Positions 62,233-64,000 of a stretch of DNA of 64,000 nt are shown in pieces. The DNA is taken from NCBI RefSeq assembly GCF_009914755.1, contig NC_060925.1; one strand, given 5' to 3'. Within the stretch, counting starts at the first letter, position 1, and each line of letters starts with the position of its first letter. The DNA comes from the human T2T-CHM13v2.0 reference genome, Homo sapiens. A program made the position numbers and the translations under genes. The notes under the pieces were generated by a model. That model saw only the letters and a program-made list of their open reading frames with translations. It made no database searches and had not been told where the DNA came from.

Positions 62233-64000
62233 GTCATTGTGTGTTCTTTCAGTCATCTCTTTTCTAGGCTGACATCAAGACACCTCTTAATTTTAGTTTC
62301 ATTTCTCTTTGCTCATATCTTTTAAGCAAATTCCCTCTGAAATTATAGAATTTCAAAACACCGTCGGCCTCCTCTTAGATTCCAAGTTCTCTCTCTTTCT
62401 CTAACATATATTTTCTTGTTGGTGGTAAAAAGATACAAAGGACGAATCAAGGCCTGTGTCCTTCGGGAGTCTTTAATCTCATTGGGGAGACAAGACTTAC
62501 ACAAAAGATACAATTAGAGAATAATAAAAAAGAGCGAGAGCACTCAAATGTGCTGAGTAGAATGTTCCATCCCTGTCTGCTTCCGAATCCCATTTCTGCT
62601 GTATTAAACAATATCGCAGTGCTGCTGACTCATGTTCAGCTTCTAGACCCTTGAGACTGTAATATTTCTCTGCTATATCTGCATATAACCAGTGAGAATA
62701 TTCTATTGTGTATAATATTTCTATAGCATATTACATTTGGGCAGTTTTCCCTGATGTTCTTCATGGCACTTGTCCCATCAAAATTCACTCAGTTTGTGTC
62801 TGATAATTTTTCTGTGCTGTCAACCTTGTAATATAATGCCTCAGCATCCTAACAAAGATAGGCCGGAGTAAGGCTCTTCAAATAGCTGTCCTTGTCTGCA
62901 GTGTCTGACGCTTCCACATTTTCTCTCTGTACTTGCATTCAAACTCCTAGAGTAATGGAAAGTCGAGGAAGGGATAAATAGATGAACTTAAGCATGTCAC
63001 TTCCACCTCAGGGCCTCGGTTTCCTCCTAAGGGGAAAAGGGACTATGTGAGCACTTCCAATACAGATATGCTGTGATTCTACATATGGCCACTACTTTTG
63101 ACATTAGTGATATTACCAACAACCAGTTCTGCCAATGAGGAGTGAGCTGCTCTTCTGAGATGGGGCTCAGCACATCTCTCTCTCTTCTTAAAGGCAGGTC
63201 TGTCAGTGGGATTGCAGCTTTTTTTTCTGAAAATGGTGGCAGGACAACTCTGAGTCTCTCACCTCATGATGGGTCTGTAACATAGACCCACTAGACTATA
63301 GTGGGATCAGCTATAAGGCAACACAGAGAAAATGCTTAGCAGGAATAAATGTGGGGTTCCTGAGTTTGCTAGAGATGGAAAGAGATAGTTTGCCATTTGC
63401 CAGCAATATCAACTGAGAGCTCCCTGAGGCTGTGTCCTGCGGAGGATGTTTCAAAATCAGCATGGGCTGTAGTGTCTACCTTCAAGCTGGCTACATCTAG
63501 AGTAACTGACAGGAAAAGGAAAAAGGGTAAGCAAACACACAGAAAAGTGGCATAGGAACAATTCACATCTATGTTCACCTGAGACGTGCACAGGAGCACC
63601 AAATAGGATATTAGAACTGGAGGAGACTTTATAAGATCATTTCAAAATTCACACTTCGCAGACAATGAAAATGAGGCGTAGAGGGCAAATGGCAGAGAGA
63701 AGGTCTGGGAGCTGGTTAATAGCAGACCTGGGTTCTCATCCTTCTGATCAGCTCAGGGTCATTCCCATCGCAATATTTTGCTTCTGCTGAGATTATTAGA
63801 TTTGGGTTTGTTAATTAAGGTTACATGGGATGGCTGTATCAGGAAATTATTCTCAAGTGCAAGATGTGTGGTTTGTCTGGGAGGCACATATTTTAGATTT
63901 GTCTAGGTAGTTTTGTGACAACAGGAGGGTCTACAGAAAGTCTTGGTTACTATCATTGTATCTTAAACTTAGTAGGCATTTAGTAATAGTTATTTTAAAA

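Overview
This is human genomic DNA; an AluYb8 copy matching the consensus as I recall it points to Homo sapiens. The window is AT-rich, repeat-dense and looks intergenic or intronic. I find no credible protein-coding gene: the listed ORFs come from Alu, L1 or LTR sequence, from low-complexity DNA, or are chance ORFs. Repeats include about 16 Alus (many with target-site duplications, TSDs), old L1/HAL1-like, L2 and MIR fragments, MaLR/ERVL solo LTRs, hAT MITEs, an ancient two-LTR non-autonomous ERV1-like provirus (~13.05-17.83 kb), and a solo LTR12C (23976-25644) carrying an extra ~220 bp G-rich block. The best unexplained structures are: (1) a TSD-flanked, polyadenylated orphan retrocopy of an unidentified transcript's 3' end (26668-27174); (2) two short local duplications (62041-62195 copied to 58676-58817; 52392-52605 copied to 60276-60499), each landing just inside the end of another transposon; (3) a multi-monomer Alu between one short TSD pair; (4) a ~1 kb ancient ~58 bp tandem array fused to an L1MC 3' end, a composite layout reminiscent of SVA/LAVA; (5) a very young 5'-truncated AluYb8; (6) a few candidate + strand non-coding exons. 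Subfamily names come from recalled consensus sequences and need RepeatMasker/Dfam confirmation. I cannot place the locus. I did not find a demonstrable novel protein-based system.
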